From positions 800,001-864,000 of the forward strand of contig OY969926.1 in the NCBI GenBank assembly GCA_963704645.1: a DNA stretch of 64,000 nt. Reading direction: 5' to 3'. Shown piece by piece: positions 50,565 to 60,577 of the stretch; position 1 is the first letter of the stretch; every line of letters begins with the position of its first letter. The stretch is from an uncultured bacterium (GTDB lineage: Bacteria; Patescibacteriota; JACMRA01). The translations under genes were made by a program, and so were the position numbers. The notes beneath the pieces were generated by a model. It was given only the letters and a program-made list of their open reading frames with translations, made no database searches and had not been told where the DNA came from.

Positions 50565-51653
50565 TTCATAATTAATGAATGTGATTACAACCAAGGTAAT
50601 GTAAATATTACCTACAACAGAACACCGGCCGGGGTACCTAGTAACACAGTACCTTCAGGAATCACTTGTCAGACTACAGGATATGGAGCAGGAGGCCCTG
50701 CCAGTATTGTGCCTATAGATATTGCAGGAAAAAGAAACATGTACATAGCTGAATGTGACTACAATACTAATAATGCTACTATTACATACAATAGAACAGG
50801 AAATAGCGGGGCAACTAACGGCACTGTACCTGCAACTAACTGTGTAACTACTGGTTATGTATTTTCTGGTGCTCACCAATTAAACTTTGACTTATTAGGA
50901 AATAGATATGTTCATCTTGCAGAATGTGACTATAGTGGTGGAACTATTACTTACAACAGAACTGGTAACTTTACAGCTAATAACACTGCTACTTTAAGTG
51001 TGGTTTGTTCTGCTACTGGTTTTGGAGCAGCAGTAGGTGGAACCAGTATTACTTCCGACCTCTCAGACACCACCAGAGGCCACGGCTACATCTCATACTC
51101 CATGCAAGCACCAGCCAGTGGACTTACCAACGGACAACAGGTTGGCACCACGGGGACTCTAACAGCATCAGGAGCTAAAACATCAGGAACAGCTAGCTCT
51201 TTAACAGTTAACTTCACTTCACTTCTAGAAGTAGAATGTTCCATCACAGACCCATGTGCCCTATTCGAAACAGCACTATCCTACAGCCCAACCCAAGCCC
51301 TAGCCAAAAGATATGGAGCTTCTGGTTCTACAAACTCAGATAACCTAATACTAACTCTAAAAGATACAAGATTAGAACAATCTGGATTTACTACAACATG
51401 TTCCATAAAATACAAATTCAGAACAGATACAAGCTACAGAACATTAACAACAAACTCTACATACAACAATACTACAGGATGTACAGGAAACCTTCTTAAA
51501 GCAAATCAACTATTATTCAATGTAGACTTTGAAATAACTGCAATAACAACAAATACAACTACAAACACTACAAAGAACTATCTAATCTATTCCAACTATG
51601 ATTTCAAAGCTGGTTCTATTGGAGTTACTTCTATTGGTGGAAGTGGGTTGTAG
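49995..51653 (+). CDS. Surface protein, single-module paralog of 1..3135
   Basis: N-terminal TM/signal; conserved frame around three G.R(Y/N)....ECDY....ITYNRT...C repeats; unique C-terminal domain. Confidence 0.9.
   Translation: MNQKKSLKKDTNLNSFFQSKKGKYSLVSVLALSVLLISGLFTYNLLKQDSDTAKAANTAATAFNPSDCATYTSNGGTNTAGVCFVKMYEKNGQLYRSLDIAPGELVNVRNYYNNTTTASVTAANITDSMPANFTRVGAVTNSYVDATPVTLNNNVFTGQNLSVAPGAGYFGYAADNTLTSSNLELGKKRYFIINECDYNQGNVNITYNRTPAGVPSNTVPSGITCQTTGYGAGGPASIVPIDIAGKRNMYIAECDYNTNNATITYNRTGNSGATNGTVPATNCVTTGYVFSGAHQLNFDLLGNRYVHLAECDYSGGTITYNRTGNFTANNTATLSVVCSATGFGAAVGGTSITSDLSDTTRGHGYISYSMQAPASGLTNGQQVGTTGTLTASGAKTSGTASSLTVNFTSLLEVECSITDPCALFETALSYSPTQALAKRYGASGSTNSDNLILTLKDTRLEQSGFTTTCSIKYKFRTDTSYRTLTTNSTYNNTTGCTGNLLKANQLLFNVDFEITAITTNTTTNTTKNYLIYSNYDFKAGSIGVTSIGGSGL
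51050..51206 (+). repeat. 157-bp block, inverted copy of 1912..2068
   Basis: Ungapped near-identity. Confidence 0.92.
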
Positions 51654-51682
51654 GGGTTAATCATTGAAATTCACAACACTAT

Positions 51683-51990
51683 GTAGGGGAGATGCTTGTC
51701 ATCTCCCAGGGGGAAGGGGATGGGGAGTGGACTTTAGTATGGGAATACTTTAACTCAACAACACCAAGTAGGGGAGATGCTTGTCGCCTCCCACTTGGGG
51801 TGTGACAAGGAAATAGAGAAAAACAAAATCAAATACATAAAGTCTTAATCCCGCATTCCAAAACTACCCTCAAACCTTGCGGCGCTACCCCCAAGCCTTT
51901 GGCTTGACCCCTTCGGGCAAACATGTCGGTTGAAACAAGTTCAACCTGCGCCAGTTTACTTACCAGGGGTACTTTCAGCCACGGTTTACT
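51683..51990 (+). repeat. Cluster of REP-like elements
   Basis: GTAGGGGAGATGCTTGTC(AT/GC)CTCCC at 51683 and 51768; double-hairpin element at 51877-51975 with an insert in its loop. Confidence 0.78.
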
Positions 51991-52148
51991 CTAATTGTGC
52001 TATACTTCTAACCAAACTTAGCTCCCTTTATTGGGGGTTTTGGTTTATGTAAGCAGAGTTAAAGCGCTTTATGTATCTTAAAGATGTGTCAAACTTACAG
52101 TCTCTCTTCCCTTGACGCTAACGTTCAAGTTTATATTCCTAAAAAAGT

Positions 52149-53606
52149 ATGAATGTACTATCTAAAACTGAAGTTATATCTAAAATGTTTAAAGCCTACG
52201 ATATGCGTGGCAAAGTACCAGATCTTACTGCCGAAGTTTACTATTTAATGGGTCAGGCTTTGTACGATGTAGTGCTTTTTCCTGAAAAATTAAAAACTGA
52301 AATTAGTTTGTTTTGTGATGCCCGTTATTCTAGTCCAATATTCTATAAAGCTTTTGCAGCAGGCTATTTGTCTAAGGGTGGTACAATTGTGCCAATGGGG
52401 CTAGCTACTACAGAAATGATGTACGCTTCCTGCATAGTTTTTAACAGACCTGGGGTTACAATCACAGCTTCGCATAACCCAAAAGATGATAATGGTTTAA
52501 AAATGATAAAAAACCACCCACAAATTTTGGGTAGGGCAGAAGGTTTAGAAACCATGATGAACTATGTTTTGGAAAGAATTGAAGACTTTAGCTTAGATCT
52601 AAATACCTTGCTAGATTTAGAAGAAAATTTGGAGCAGAAAGAGAAAGTAATGGACTTGTTAATTCAAAAATATGTAGAAATTGCCAATCTTGAACAATCT
52701 GAACTTCAACTTGTGGCTAGAAATAAGAAATTAAAAATTGTTGTAGATACAGCTAACGGTATGAGCGGCCTTGTTTTGCCTGAAATTGCCAAATTATATA
52801 AAAATGTAGAGTTTGTACCTTTATATTGGGAAATTGACGGAACTTTTCCAAATCATCCAGCAGATCCGTTCAATCCAGCTAACTTAGTAGATTTACAAGC
52901 GAAAGTTAAAGAAGTAGGTGCAGATTTTGGTATTGGAATGGACGGTGATGGCGATAGGGCAGTTTTGGTTGATGAAAATGGGGATTTAGTAAACTCAGAG
53001 TTTTTTGTGGCTAAATGTGCAACTTTTTTTGTGGAAGAAGCCAGAGCCAAACCAGAGCTTGGTTTTAACCCAGCCATTGTTTACGTGACATCTTACTCTC
53101 GGGCTTTACCAGATGCAGTGTTGTCTGCTAACGGAACTGCAATTCCAAGTAAACAAGGACACGCTTTTGTTAAGGCAGAAATGAAAAATTACAATGCAAT
53201 TTATGGTGGTGAAGCTAGTGGACATCATTACTTCGGGCAGTTTGGCTATATGGATTCTGGGTTATTAGTTATTGGATTAGTTATAAATATGGTTGTTTCA
53301 GAAAATACCACTGCTTCAAAATTATGTGCATATTACACAGATAAATACTTTGTATCTGGAGAAAGAAACTTTGAAATGCCAGAAGGAACGCAGTTTTCTA
53401 AAATTAAAGATTCGCTTAAAAATCATTTCAAAAACGGAATTATAAACGAATTAGATGGTCTTAGTATGTTTTGGCCTGACTGGAAATTTACAGTAAGGTT
53501 CTCGCAAACATCCACAAAACCAACTTTAAGAGTAAATGTTGAAACTCGTGGAACTGATGAGCAGCATGCTAAATTGGAAGAGATTTTGAAGGTAGTTGGG
53601 GTTTAA
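52149..53606 (+). CDS. Phosphomannomutase/phosphoglucomutase
   Basis: FKAYD.RG, TASHNP, DGDGDR and GEASGH motifs. Confidence 0.94.
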   Translation: MNVLSKTEVISKMFKAYDMRGKVPDLTAEVYYLMGQALYDVVLFPEKLKTEISLFCDARYSSPIFYKAFAAGYLSKGGTIVPMGLATTEMMYASCIVFNRPGVTITASHNPKDDNGLKMIKNHPQILGRAEGLETMMNYVLERIEDFSLDLNTLLDLEENLEQKEKVMDLLIQKYVEIANLEQSELQLVARNKKLKIVVDTANGMSGLVLPEIAKLYKNVEFVPLYWEIDGTFPNHPADPFNPANLVDLQAKVKEVGADFGIGMDGDGDRAVLVDENGDLVNSEFFVAKCATFFVEEARAKPELGFNPAIVYVTSYSRALPDAVLSANGTAIPSKQGHAFVKAEMKNYNAIYGGEASGHHYFGQFGYMDSGLLVIGLVINMVVSENTTASKLCAYYTDKYFVSGERNFEMPEGTQFSKIKDSLKNHFKNGIINELDGLSMFWPDWKFTVRFSQTSTKPTLRVNVETRGTDEQHAKLEEILKVVGV

Positions 53607-53615
53607 GATAGGTGT

Positions 53616-54590
53616 TTAGACCGTAATTTTAAACTGTACTTTCATTTCCCAAGTCTTACCTGGTTCAACAATAATTGGATTGTCGTTGATAGCATTAGTG
53701 CCACGTGTAAATGGTTCAATACAAATAAAATTATAGTCAGGCTGTTCTGTCGTTTGAGACCAAATAACCAGATTTTGTATCTCCATGTTTGAGCTTGCCT
53801 CTGTAATTGTAATTGTTTTATCTGGGAAAGTTACTGCAACTTGGCCGCTAAAATCATTAAAAATTTCTTTAGAAAATCCATTCCAATCTACATTTTCTCC
53901 ACTCCAAACAAGATTGTTAATATCGCTTTCAACTTTTAACTCTGAAGAAGTAAATGAGCGTTGTTTGTCCTCATTATTAGACTCCATTTCCAAGTTTTTA
54001 GAAAACTGACTAGAAATTCTAAGTTTGCTTTTATCTTCATGATTTATTGGGAAATAAGGGTGTAAACCAGGAGCAATTGGTAAATTATTTTCCCCATTAT
54101 TAGTAACTTTCAAAGTGTAGATCAAGGAATTTGCAATACTAATATCAACAATAATTTCGGCTAGAAAATTATATGGGTAAGCAAGTTGCATTTCTGGTGA
54201 AATATCTTGATTGCTTAAAATAATGTGTAGAAGAGTAGGCGAGTTGTTTTCACCTGACAATTTCTCTAATGATTTCACATCTGTACTCGTGTTATCGTTA
54301 AAGTTAGTCTCCAAATCTAAATTGCTGGCATTAGAGTTGGGTAGAACTTGTTTCCACAAACAATTTCTAGCAAAGCCATGCTGGGCAATTGGCAAGCCAG
54401 ACTTGTTAAAAATTCCATTTTCTAGTGGGTTGGCAAAAGGAAATAAAATTGGAACTCCAGATCGTTTAAGTGTTGAACCTTGGTAGAAAACTTCCTGCCC
54501 ATCATTCACCCAAGCTAATAAAGTTCCACCTTCTAAATTGATTGTAATCTTATTATTTTTATACGAAGTAAGAATTAAATTTGGGATCAT
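53616..54590 (-). CDS. Aldose 1-epimerase/galactose mutarotase-like protein
   Basis: G.PILFP, QHGFAR, YP..F, GLHPYF and F.C.EP motifs. Confidence 0.88.
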   Translation of the reverse strand: MIPNLILTSYKNNKITINLEGGTLLAWVNDGQEVFYQGSTLKRSGVPILFPFANPLENGIFNKSGLPIAQHGFARNCLWKQVLPNSNASNLDLETNFNDNTSTDVKSLEKLSGENNSPTLLHIILSNQDISPEMQLAYPYNFLAEIIVDISIANSLIYTLKVTNNGENNLPIAPGLHPYFPINHEDKSKLRISSQFSKNLEMESNNEDKQRSFTSSELKVESDINNLVWSGENVDWNGFSKEIFNDFSGQVAVTFPDKTITITEASSNMEIQNLVIWSQTTEQPDYNFICIEPFTRGTNAINDNPIIVEPGKTWEMKVQFKITV

Positions 54591-54721
54591 ACTCAAATAT
54601 TGTAGTTTAGAAAATGCTTGTCAAAATTGAAAAGTTGGGTAACAAATTGATGGCACTTAGTGGATAAATGTAAAATAATGGATAACATTACCAGTGTTAG
54701 AGCTAGAGTTGAAGATATGGA

Positions 54722-55057
54722 GTGGCAAGATACTCCAGCAGGTCAGTTTTTTCAGGCACACCAATAACTCAGTCCATTCCGTCTCAGGAGATTGATTTAA
54801 TTTTGAACCCCATTCGGCCTCCAGGAGTAGAGGTTAACGATGAAAAGCATTGTTGGACTGCATATCCTCAAAAAGAATTAACGGTTCATTCTGTTTGTCT
54901 CTCCTCTGTGATAGTAATGTATGCTTGGTATGACATGTACAAGTGTCTGGATGTCAATTCTAAAATTTTGCTGGGTATTCATTATTTTGATAAAGAAAGC
55001 GATAGGTGTAAGTATATAAAGAAAGTCTGGGCTGCAGTGATAGCAATTATAGACTAA
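54722..55057 (+). CDS. Small orphan protein (5' end possibly frameshifted)
   Basis: 111-aa ORF plus hairpin near 55067-55090. An upstream ATG frame could join it across the T6 run at 54747-54752. Confidence 0.55.
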   Translation: MARYSSRSVFSGTPITQSIPSQEIDLILNPIRPPGVEVNDEKHCWTAYPQKELTVHSVCLSSVIVMYAWYDMYKCLDVNSKILLGIHYFDKESDRCKYIKKVWAAVIAIID

Positions 55058-55130
55058 ACATTGTTAAGGCTTCCAATCGTGGAGGTCTTAATTTTTTGCC
55101 AAAACCACACTCCTTATTTTAAATTAAATT

Positions 55131-56087
55131 ATGCATATCCCCAAAAAGAAGTTTGGACAGAATTTTTTGGTAAACAAAGAAGCTAAAAGTAAATTGGCGG
55201 TGGCGGTGAAAAGCTTTGTAGAAATAACTAAGGCCGAAACTATTTTGGAAATTGGGCCAGGACTTGGTGATTTAACCGAAATTTCCTGTAAAATATTACC
55301 TGTAATCGCTGTAGAAATAGACTTTGATATAGTGGAAAAAATGGAAGTTAAATTTCAAAATAATTTCAGTGTGGTGAATCAGTCTAAACTATATTTAGGT
55401 GATATTTACCAATGGCAAAAGCAAATTTTAGAGGGAATAGTCCACGACATTAACCAATTAGATTATGGTTTAGAGTCTGAAGTATCCTCCCAGCAAAATG
55501 TGGAGACTGTACGATCTGAGTTGTTACAAGGTAATCCTCCTAAAAAAACAATAGTTCCTGCAGAGTTTAAAAGTTTTTATTTGCAAGACAACTGGGTTTT
55601 AATTTCCAACTTACCTTATAATTTGGGTTCACGTATTTTGGTTGATATGGCCATTCTTCGTCCAAACTCTTCCTTTTTGGTTATTTTGCAAGAAGAAGTG
55701 GTAGATAAACTGGTCAATTTAGATAAGCATTTTACATTTTTTGGGGCTTGGTTGAATATTTTTTATTCTTTTAAAAAAGAGGTTATTTTACCCAGGCATT
55801 ACTTTAATCCTCAGCCTAATGTCACATCGGCTTTAGTTTCTGCTGTGTCCAAACCATTGCCATCATATTTGGAATCTGTTCAGCAAAGATTATTGGCTTT
55901 AAGCACATTAAAAAAGCTATTTGCCTTCCCTAGTAAAACCATTTATAATAATTTAAGGCAGATGAACTACAAAGACCATGAAATTCATCTTTTACTAAAT
56001 TCTGCCAACATCCAAATTCAAGCAAGACTAAATAAAGATAATTATTTGCCTCTTTTGCACAAAATCTTGGGCGTTGACAAAGTATAG
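55131..56087 (+). CDS. rsmA: 16S rRNA dimethyladenosine transferase KsgA, with insertion
   Basis: KK.FGQNFL, EIGPGLG.LT, EID, SNLPY, Q.EV and F.P.P.V.S motifs. Confidence 0.92.
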   Translation: MHIPKKKFGQNFLVNKEAKSKLAVAVKSFVEITKAETILEIGPGLGDLTEISCKILPVIAVEIDFDIVEKMEVKFQNNFSVVNQSKLYLGDIYQWQKQILEGIVHDINQLDYGLESEVSSQQNVETVRSELLQGNPPKKTIVPAEFKSFYLQDNWVLISNLPYNLGSRILVDMAILRPNSSFLVILQEEVVDKLVNLDKHFTFFGAWLNIFYSFKKEVILPRHYFNPQPNVTSALVSAVSKPLPSYLESVQQRLLALSTLKKLFAFPSKTIYNNLRQMNYKDHEIHLLLNSANIQIQARLNKDNYLPLLHKILGVDKV

Positions 56088-56218
56088 GCACTTAACCAAA
56101 GTTATTTTATCATAATTAATCTGTAAATAAAGCGAACAATCGGCAATATACAAATATAAATTTTAAAAAATAAAACTAACAAAAAGTAGCTGGGGGAAAT
56201 TACTACTTACAATTATAC

Positions 56219-57646
56219 ATGTCTGTTACGCACAACTACTGGCCACTAGTGTTAGAAAACCTTAAAGATAAGGTGTCTTCAAGCACATTTAAGGCTTTTT
56301 TTAGTCGTGTAGAATTTGTATCAACTTCTAACCAAGGTAGAAAAATTATTTTGTCTGTTCCGTCTGTATTTAACAGGAATTTCATTGAAAAGAAATACAA
56401 GCAAGATTTAAAAAATTCTATTCAAGCATATTACCCTCAAGTAATTCATATAGATTACGAAGTTCACCCAGATTTAGAAAGCTTGGCTGTTCCTGCGTCA
56501 CAGCAATTGTTGCAACAAGAAGAGACTGAAGTTCAAACTGCCCCAATTAATTTTCAAACTAACGCAGAGCCAGCATTGTTAAGCAGCTATCTTCCTAAGA
56601 AAACTTTAAATAATTTAAACCCAAAATACACCTTCGATAACTTTGTTGTAACAAGAAACAACGAGTTGGCCGTAAACGTAGCTAACAGTGTTATAAGTCA
56701 GCCTGGAACTTTGTATAACCCTGTGTTTTTGTATGGAAAAGTTGGTTTAGGTAAAACCCATTTACTTCAAGCTATTGGGCAGAAAATGTTGGAACAAAGG
56801 CCAAATATTAATATTAAATATATTCCTGCGGAAACTTTTGCCAATCAGTACATTTTAGCAGTTCAAAAAAGGGAAACAACCCAATTCCGTGAATATTATA
56901 GAACTGTAGATTTGTTGTTAATAGATGACATCCAGTTTATTTCAGGAAAAGAGGCAACTCAGGAAGCTTTTTTCTATACCTTTAACGAACTTCATCAACA
57001 GAACAAACAAATTATTATTACTTCAGATAGACCGCCTAAACACCAAGCAGCAATTGAAGAAAGATTAATTTCTAGGTTTGAATGGGGAATGGTCGTAGAT
57101 ATTCACCCGCCAGCTTTAGAAGACAGGGTTAGTATTTTAAAAGACAAAGCTGAGCGTTTTCAGTTACCACTAGACGATTCCCAAATTTTACAAATTGCCA
57201 ACAAGGTAGAAACTAATGTGCGCGAAATGGAAGGTGTTTTAAACCGAATTAAGGCAATATATAATTTATCCGGCAGAACTGAAATTGCCCAAGTAGAATT
57301 AGATAGAACTTTATCTGGCTTAACTTCAGGTGCAGTTAATGTAAATTTAAATGTAAAATATCAGAACCCAGAAAGTATAATTCAAGCTGTGGCTAGAGTT
57401 TTGGGTATTTTAAAAGAAGATATTTTAGGGAAAAGTAGACTGCAAGATGTAGCTTTGGCCAGGCAAGTTTGCATGTGGTTTATGAAACACGAATTAAATT
57501 TGTCATATCCGTCAATTGGCAAAGTTTTGGGTGGAAAAGATCACTCAACAATTATGCACGGTTGCCAAAAAATTGAATTATGTCGTACTAATAACATTAA
57601 GCTTCAGCAACAAATAGAATTAGTGAAGCAAGTTCTAAATCAATAA
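56219..57646 (+). CDS. dnaA: Chromosomal replication initiator
   Basis: LNPKYTFDNFV, YNP.FLYG..GLGKTHL, DDIQF, RL.SRF.WG and DHST..H motifs. Confidence 0.97.
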   Translation: MSVTHNYWPLVLENLKDKVSSSTFKAFFSRVEFVSTSNQGRKIILSVPSVFNRNFIEKKYKQDLKNSIQAYYPQVIHIDYEVHPDLESLAVPASQQLLQQEETEVQTAPINFQTNAEPALLSSYLPKKTLNNLNPKYTFDNFVVTRNNELAVNVANSVISQPGTLYNPVFLYGKVGLGKTHLLQAIGQKMLEQRPNINIKYIPAETFANQYILAVQKRETTQFREYYRTVDLLLIDDIQFISGKEATQEAFFYTFNELHQQNKQIIITSDRPPKHQAAIEERLISRFEWGMVVDIHPPALEDRVSILKDKAERFQLPLDDSQILQIANKVETNVREMEGVLNRIKAIYNLSGRTEIAQVELDRTLSGLTSGAVNVNLNVKYQNPESIIQAVARVLGILKEDILGKSRLQDVALARQVCMWFMKHELNLSYPSIGKVLGGKDHSTIMHGCQKIELCRTNNIKLQQQIELVKQVLNQ

Positions 57647-57698
57647 ATATACAAAGCCCAGTTGTTTTTTACAACTAGATAATGAAAAGTAAATATAA

Positions 57699-58370
57699 AT
57701 GTCTAACAGTGGCGTAATTTTTCAAAAGGTAGCCAACTCTTCTGAAATTAAAAAGAAAATTAGTCCCTCTTTAAAGCAGGAGTTATTAGATTATTTACTC
57801 TACTTTTTAAGGGTATTTCTGTCTGTTGCCATTGTATATGTCTTAATTAGATGGACAGTTTTTGATGTAATTGGAATTTCTGGTAAGTCAATGTTCCCAA
57901 CTTATAATACCAGTGATATTATTTATATTGATCAGTTAACCCCTAAATTTGGTTCTTATCAAAGAGGTGATGTAGTGGTTCTAAAATCTCCTCCAGATAT
58001 TTCTGGAAAAAGAGAATTATTTATTAAAAGGGTGATTGGTTTACCTGGTGAAAAAGTTGTAACAGAAGAAGGTCAAGTGTTTATATACAATGCAGACTAT
58101 CCAGATGGAGTGCAACTAAACGAATTAGCTTATTTAGATGCTTCAGTTAATACTTTCAAAAATTTAAATTCTGGTGGGCAAAGATACGAAGAGCGTGTGC
58201 TAGATAAAGACCAATATTTTGTAATGGGAGACAATCGTGGTGGTAGTGCAGATAGTAGATCTTTTGGTGCAATTTCTAAAAAAGACATTTTGGGTAAAGA
58301 ATTTTACCGAGTTATTCCTCCTCAGAAATCTGGCTTTTACAAGTTACCAAAATATAATATTTCCAACTAA
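57699..58370 (+). CDS. lepB: Signal peptidase I
   Basis: SM.PT, RGDVVV, IKRVIGLPGE and GDNR..S.DSR motifs. Confidence 0.95.
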   Translation: MSNSGVIFQKVANSSEIKKKISPSLKQELLDYLLYFLRVFLSVAIVYVLIRWTVFDVIGISGKSMFPTYNTSDIIYIDQLTPKFGSYQRGDVVVLKSPPDISGKRELFIKRVIGLPGEKVVTEEGQVFIYNADYPDGVQLNELAYLDASVNTFKNLNSGGQRYEERVLDKDQYFVMGDNRGGSADSRSFGAISKKDILGKEFYRVIPPQKSGFYKLPKYNISN

Positions 58371-59477
58371 ATGTCTGAACAAAATTCAACTTTGAAAAAT
58401 TATCGTATCAAAATTATTAAAGATCAAGATATTTGGTCGGATTTTGTAAATCATTTAAACTTAAACACCTTTTTGCATTCTTCAGCTTGGGTTAATTTTA
58501 ATCAAAAGTTTGGACATAAAACTTGGCAATTAGGTTTGTATTATGAGGAAGAATTGGTTGGAGTAGCTTTAATTCTAAAAATTGTAGCCAAGCGTGGAAC
58601 TTTTATATTTTGTCCTCACGGTCCACAAACCAGTGCTTATGCAGATTATTTGGAACAAATGAAACAAGCTCAGATTTCAAATTCTCATTTATTGCATGAA
58701 ATTCAAGCTGAAGTATTTGCCTTCACTGAATATTTGATAAAGCTTGGCAAGGAAGAAAAAGCTAGCTTTATAAGGTTTTCACCTATTTTTGAAGATATTC
58801 CAGAAATTAAAGAGCTTTTGCCTGGTCTTGGTTTTAGGCCAGCGCCAACCCATATGCACCATGAATTAACCACTGTTGTTGATGTTACTTCTTCTGAAGA
58901 AATTATTTTGGGAAGAATGAGAAAGACGATGCGTCAAATGATTAAAAAAGCGGAGAACATGGTTGCTGCTGGGGAAATTAAAACTGAATTTGTAGACACT
59001 ATTTCTAAAGAAATGCATGCTGTATATGAAGACACTGCGGTTCGAGGTGGTTTTGTGCCGTTTAGCAAAGATTATTTGCAAGCTGAATACGATTCTTTCA
59101 ATAATTTAGCAAAAGCAAAGCTAATGTCTGTTAGCTACGGTGGGAAAATTTTGTCTTGGGGAATGTATCTGTTTGATGGTAAAAGAGCATTCTATCATCA
59201 AGGTGCCAACTTATTAGATAAAAACGTGCCTGCTTCGTATTTGTGTCAATGGACTGGAATTAAATTAGCTAAAGAGATGGGTTGCCAAACTTACGATTTT
59301 TGGGGAGTGTCTCCAGAAGATAGACCAAATCACCCTTGGTATACTATCGGTCGGTTTAAGCGTGGTTTTGGAGGTCAGGACATGAAATTAATTGAAGCCC
59401 AAGATTTTATTTTATCTTGGCGTTATTGGATAACATGGCTGTTCGAAACTTGGCGTGCTAAAAAAAGAGGATTTTAA
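58371..59477 (+). CDS. FemAB/FemX-family peptidoglycan peptidyltransferase
   Basis: FLHS..W, P.GP, YDFWG and FK.GFGG motifs. Confidence 0.9.
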   Translation: MSEQNSTLKNYRIKIIKDQDIWSDFVNHLNLNTFLHSSAWVNFNQKFGHKTWQLGLYYEEELVGVALILKIVAKRGTFIFCPHGPQTSAYADYLEQMKQAQISNSHLLHEIQAEVFAFTEYLIKLGKEEKASFIRFSPIFEDIPEIKELLPGLGFRPAPTHMHHELTTVVDVTSSEEIILGRMRKTMRQMIKKAENMVAAGEIKTEFVDTISKEMHAVYEDTAVRGGFVPFSKDYLQAEYDSFNNLAKAKLMSVSYGGKILSWGMYLFDGKRAFYHQGANLLDKNVPASYLCQWTGIKLAKEMGCQTYDFWGVSPEDRPNHPWYTIGRFKRGFGGQDMKLIEAQDFILSWRYWITWLFETWRAKKRGF

Positions 59478-59554
59478 TCATTTGATAGATGTAATAATAA
59501 TCTACTCTCCAAATCAAAACCCAACTAATCAATTAAACATACTAACAACAATTT

Positions 59555-60157
59555 ATGAACAAAATATCAGAAGAACTAACCTTAATTATTAAGAAAAAAA
59601 GCGCCGAAGGACAAATTTACCTTTCAGACTTTACACAACATTTTGGAGATCGTTCTATAGCCTTCATTATTGCTTTATTAGCTTTGCCAATCTCATTACC
59701 GTTCACACCGCCAGGAATAAACACACCTTTTGCTTTAATATGTATTATTTTAGCTATCAATTTCGGTTTAAATAAAAAAGATTTTAAATTGCCAAAGTTT
59801 ATTGAGTCTCAAAAGCTGCCTTTCAAGCCAGACGGTAAGTTTTTTAATGCCATGACCAAACTTTTAAGCTGGGCTGAAATTATAATTAAGCCACGTTTGG
59901 GTTGGGTTACAGACTCAGTTTTGTCTAAACCACTATTAGCATTAGGTTTAATTTGTGCTTCAACAGTAATGCTTATTCCGCTTCCAGTTATTAACTCTGT
60001 TTCTTCATTAATTGTGCTTTTAATTGCCTTAGGAATAGTCTCTAAAGATGGCCTGGTAGCTTTAGTATTTTCTTTAGCTGGTCTGCTTTTACTTCTTGGA
60101 AGCATAGCTGTAATAATTTACGGCATTGTCATTGGTCAAAGCTTTTTTGTTTACTAG
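59555..60157 (+). CDS. ExoD-family membrane protein
   Basis: G.RS.....LLALP..LP..PPG, .PRL, LIPLP..N and DG motifs. Confidence 0.85.
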   Translation: MNKISEELTLIIKKKSAEGQIYLSDFTQHFGDRSIAFIIALLALPISLPFTPPGINTPFALICIILAINFGLNKKDFKLPKFIESQKLPFKPDGKFFNAMTKLLSWAEIIIKPRLGWVTDSVLSKPLLALGLICASTVMLIPLPVINSVSSLIVLLIALGIVSKDGLVALVFSLAGLLLLLGSIAVIIYGIVIGQSFFVY

Positions 60158-60247
60158 TGAATGGGGTTATGATTAACCGCAGACTAAGGTTGAAATAGTT
60201 GTAAGGAGAATTATGTATCTCGAATTCTTAAATTTATATTGGAAGAT

Positions 60248-60577
60248 TTAAGTTTCTTCACTTGTTTGATTCTTTTCCAAAAATGTCTTTTTCTGTAAAA
60301 AAATACTTTCTTGTTCTAAAGATCTAAAAATTTTACGAATCAAAGACCTTCTAATTCCTAATTTTCTTCCTTTGTGAATTAGTTCTAATTGGTAACTATC
60401 ATTTGGGTTATTGGACTTAGTATTTTTGCCTCGCTTCTCTTTTTTTAGGGAAGGGGCTGGAGTTTCTTTTTTTGCCAATAAGCTTAAACGCTTTTGCAGC
60501 AAATTTAAAATTTCTAAATCTATTTTGTTAACTTTTGAAGTTATTTCTAAATCTAGGTTTTCACTTTCATCAGACAT
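60248..60577 (-). CDS. Chorismate mutase type II-like protein (degenerate)
   Basis: I..ID.EIL.LL..R and IF..L..ES...Q pattern. Confidence 0.55.
   Translation of the reverse strand: MSDESENLDLEITSKVNKIDLEILNLLQKRLSLLAKKETPAPSLKKEKRGKNTKSNNPNDSYQLELIHKGRKLGIRRSLIRKIFRSLEQESIFLQKKTFLEKNQTSEET

Noticed and set aside
54640-54690. Two DnaA-box-like 9-mers (AGTGGATAA, AATGGATAA) as oriC
   Set aside because: Both are mismatched, only two occur, and they lie 1.5 kb from dnaA; this is expected by chance in AT-rich DNA.
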